Assembly (NCBI GenBank): GCA_040776945.1
Contig: JAXGZN010000001.1
Coordinates: 1 to 64,000 of the forward strand
Reading direction: 5' to 3'
DNA: 64,000 nt
Source: Methanomassiliicoccaceae archaeon
GTDB lineage: Archaea; Thermoplasmatota; Thermoplasmata; Methanomassiliicoccales; Methanomassiliicoccaceae
Positions 63,011 through 64,000 of the stretch are shown one piece after another. The notes under the pieces were generated by a model. The model did not search any database, was not told the origin of the DNA, and worked only from the letters and a program-made list of their open reading frames with translations. Within the stretch, counting starts at the first letter, position 1. Each line of letters starts with the position of its first letter. Made by a program: the position numbers and the translations under genes.

Positions 63011-64000
63011 ATGTTCGAGCTCATCAGGCGCGACGGCCTGGCCAGGATCGGAAAGCTGGACACACCACACGGACAGCTGGAAACGCCAGCGTTGTTGCCG
63101 GTGGTGAACCCCCGCCTGGTCACCGTCCCACCCCGGGAAATGCACGATACGTTCGGCTTTCGGGCGCTAATAACCAACTCCTACATCATCAGGAACGATG
63201 CGAAGCTTAACGCCCGGGCAATAGAGGTCGGCCTCCATGAGATGCTGGACTTCCCCGGGGTGATCATGACCGACTCCGGCACCTTCCAGTCGCACATGTA
63301 TGGCGAGGTGGAGGTGAAGAACGAGGACATCGTAAGCTTCCAGAGGGACATCGGCACCGACATAGGGACGGTGTTGGACATCTTCACCGAGCCTGACTGG
63401 AGCAAGGAGAGGACGGCCGGCGCCGTGGACGTGACGATGGAACGGACCATAGAGGCCACGAACCTGAAAGGGAACATGCTGCTGGCGGGCGTAGTGCAGG
63501 GCTCGATCTACGAAGACCTGAGGGAGGACTGCGCCCGCCGCCTCGCGCTCTTGAACGTTGACGTGCATCCCATCGGGGGCGTGGTGCCGCTCATGGAGCA
63601 GTATCGCTTCGCCGAGCTGGTGGACGTTATCGTGGCATCTAAGAAGGGATTGGACCCCAGCCGGCCGGTCCACCTTTTCGGCGCCGGACATCCCATGGTC
63701 TTCGCTCTTGCCACCCTGCTGGGCTGCGACATGTTCGATTCCGCGTCGTACGCGAAGTTCGCCCGAGACGACAGGTTCATGTTCCCCGAGGGGACCGCGA
63801 GCCTCGAGGACATGAAGGGCATCCACTGCCACTGTCCTGCGTGCCGGTCCCACACCTATGAGGAGATAAAGGCGATGGGGCCCGCCGACCGCGCATCGCT
63901 GATCGCCCGCCACAATCTGTGGGTGTCCATGGAGGAGGTGCAGCGCATCAGGAGGGCGGTCCTGGAGGGTGACCTGTGGGAGCTCGTGGAGAGGCGCTGC
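63011..64000 (+). CDS. tgtA: Archaeosine tRNA-guanine(15) transglycosylase; runs off the window end and is absent from the ORF track
   Basis: MFELIRRDGLARIGKLDTPHGQLETPALLPVVNP, ITNSYII, MTDSGTFQ, PIGGVVPLME, HLFGAGHP, GCDMFDSASY. Confidence 0.95.
   Translation, partial: MFELIRRDGLARIGKLDTPHGQLETPALLPVVNPRLVTVPPREMHDTFGFRALITNSYIIRNDAKLNARAIEVGLHEMLDFPGVIMTDSGTFQSHMYGEVEVKNEDIVSFQRDIGTDIGTVLDIFTEPDWSKERTAGAVDVTMERTIEATNLKGNMLLAGVVQGSIYEDLREDCARRLALLNVDVHPIGGVVPLMEQYRFAELVDVIVASKKGLDPSRPVHLFGAGHPMVFALATLLGCDMFDSASYAKFARDDRFMFPEGTASLEDMKGIHCHCPACRSHTYEEIKAMGPADRASLIARHNLWVSMEEVQRIRRAVLEGDLWELVERRC

Overview
Archaeal chromosome segment, about 60-65% GC. It is probably from a Methanomassiliicoccales-like Thermoplasmatota methanogen; this is inferred from PolD, aEF-1A/aEF-2, TgtA and mutually unlinked 23S, 5S and tRNA-Ala genes. 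Most of the window is housekeeping: 23S rRNA, alaS, rps13-rps4-rps11-rpoD, polD large subunit, ilvD, the str cluster and tgtA. A lower-GC island (~10.0-27.9 kb) between an acetolactate synthase gene and alaS carries a complete type I-G (I-U) CRISPR-Cas locus and an array of about 110 repeats. No integrase or transposase is visible. Main finding: the array continues past its apparent end through two strongly degenerate repeats. The three oldest spacers are pieces of a different allele of the immediately adjacent essential gene alaS, each next to a TTN PAM. The resident alaS 5' end is recoded: it has atypical A/T-ending codons and mismatches all three guides. This architecture fits a natural CRISPR 'cleave-and-rescue' homing or gene-drive element. 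That interpretation is inference and needs comparative genomics. Other points of interest are an archaeal pentameric ligand-gated ion channel, an orphan two-domain NifB and a ModE-type HTH-Nudix fusion. All alignments and counts were made by eye.
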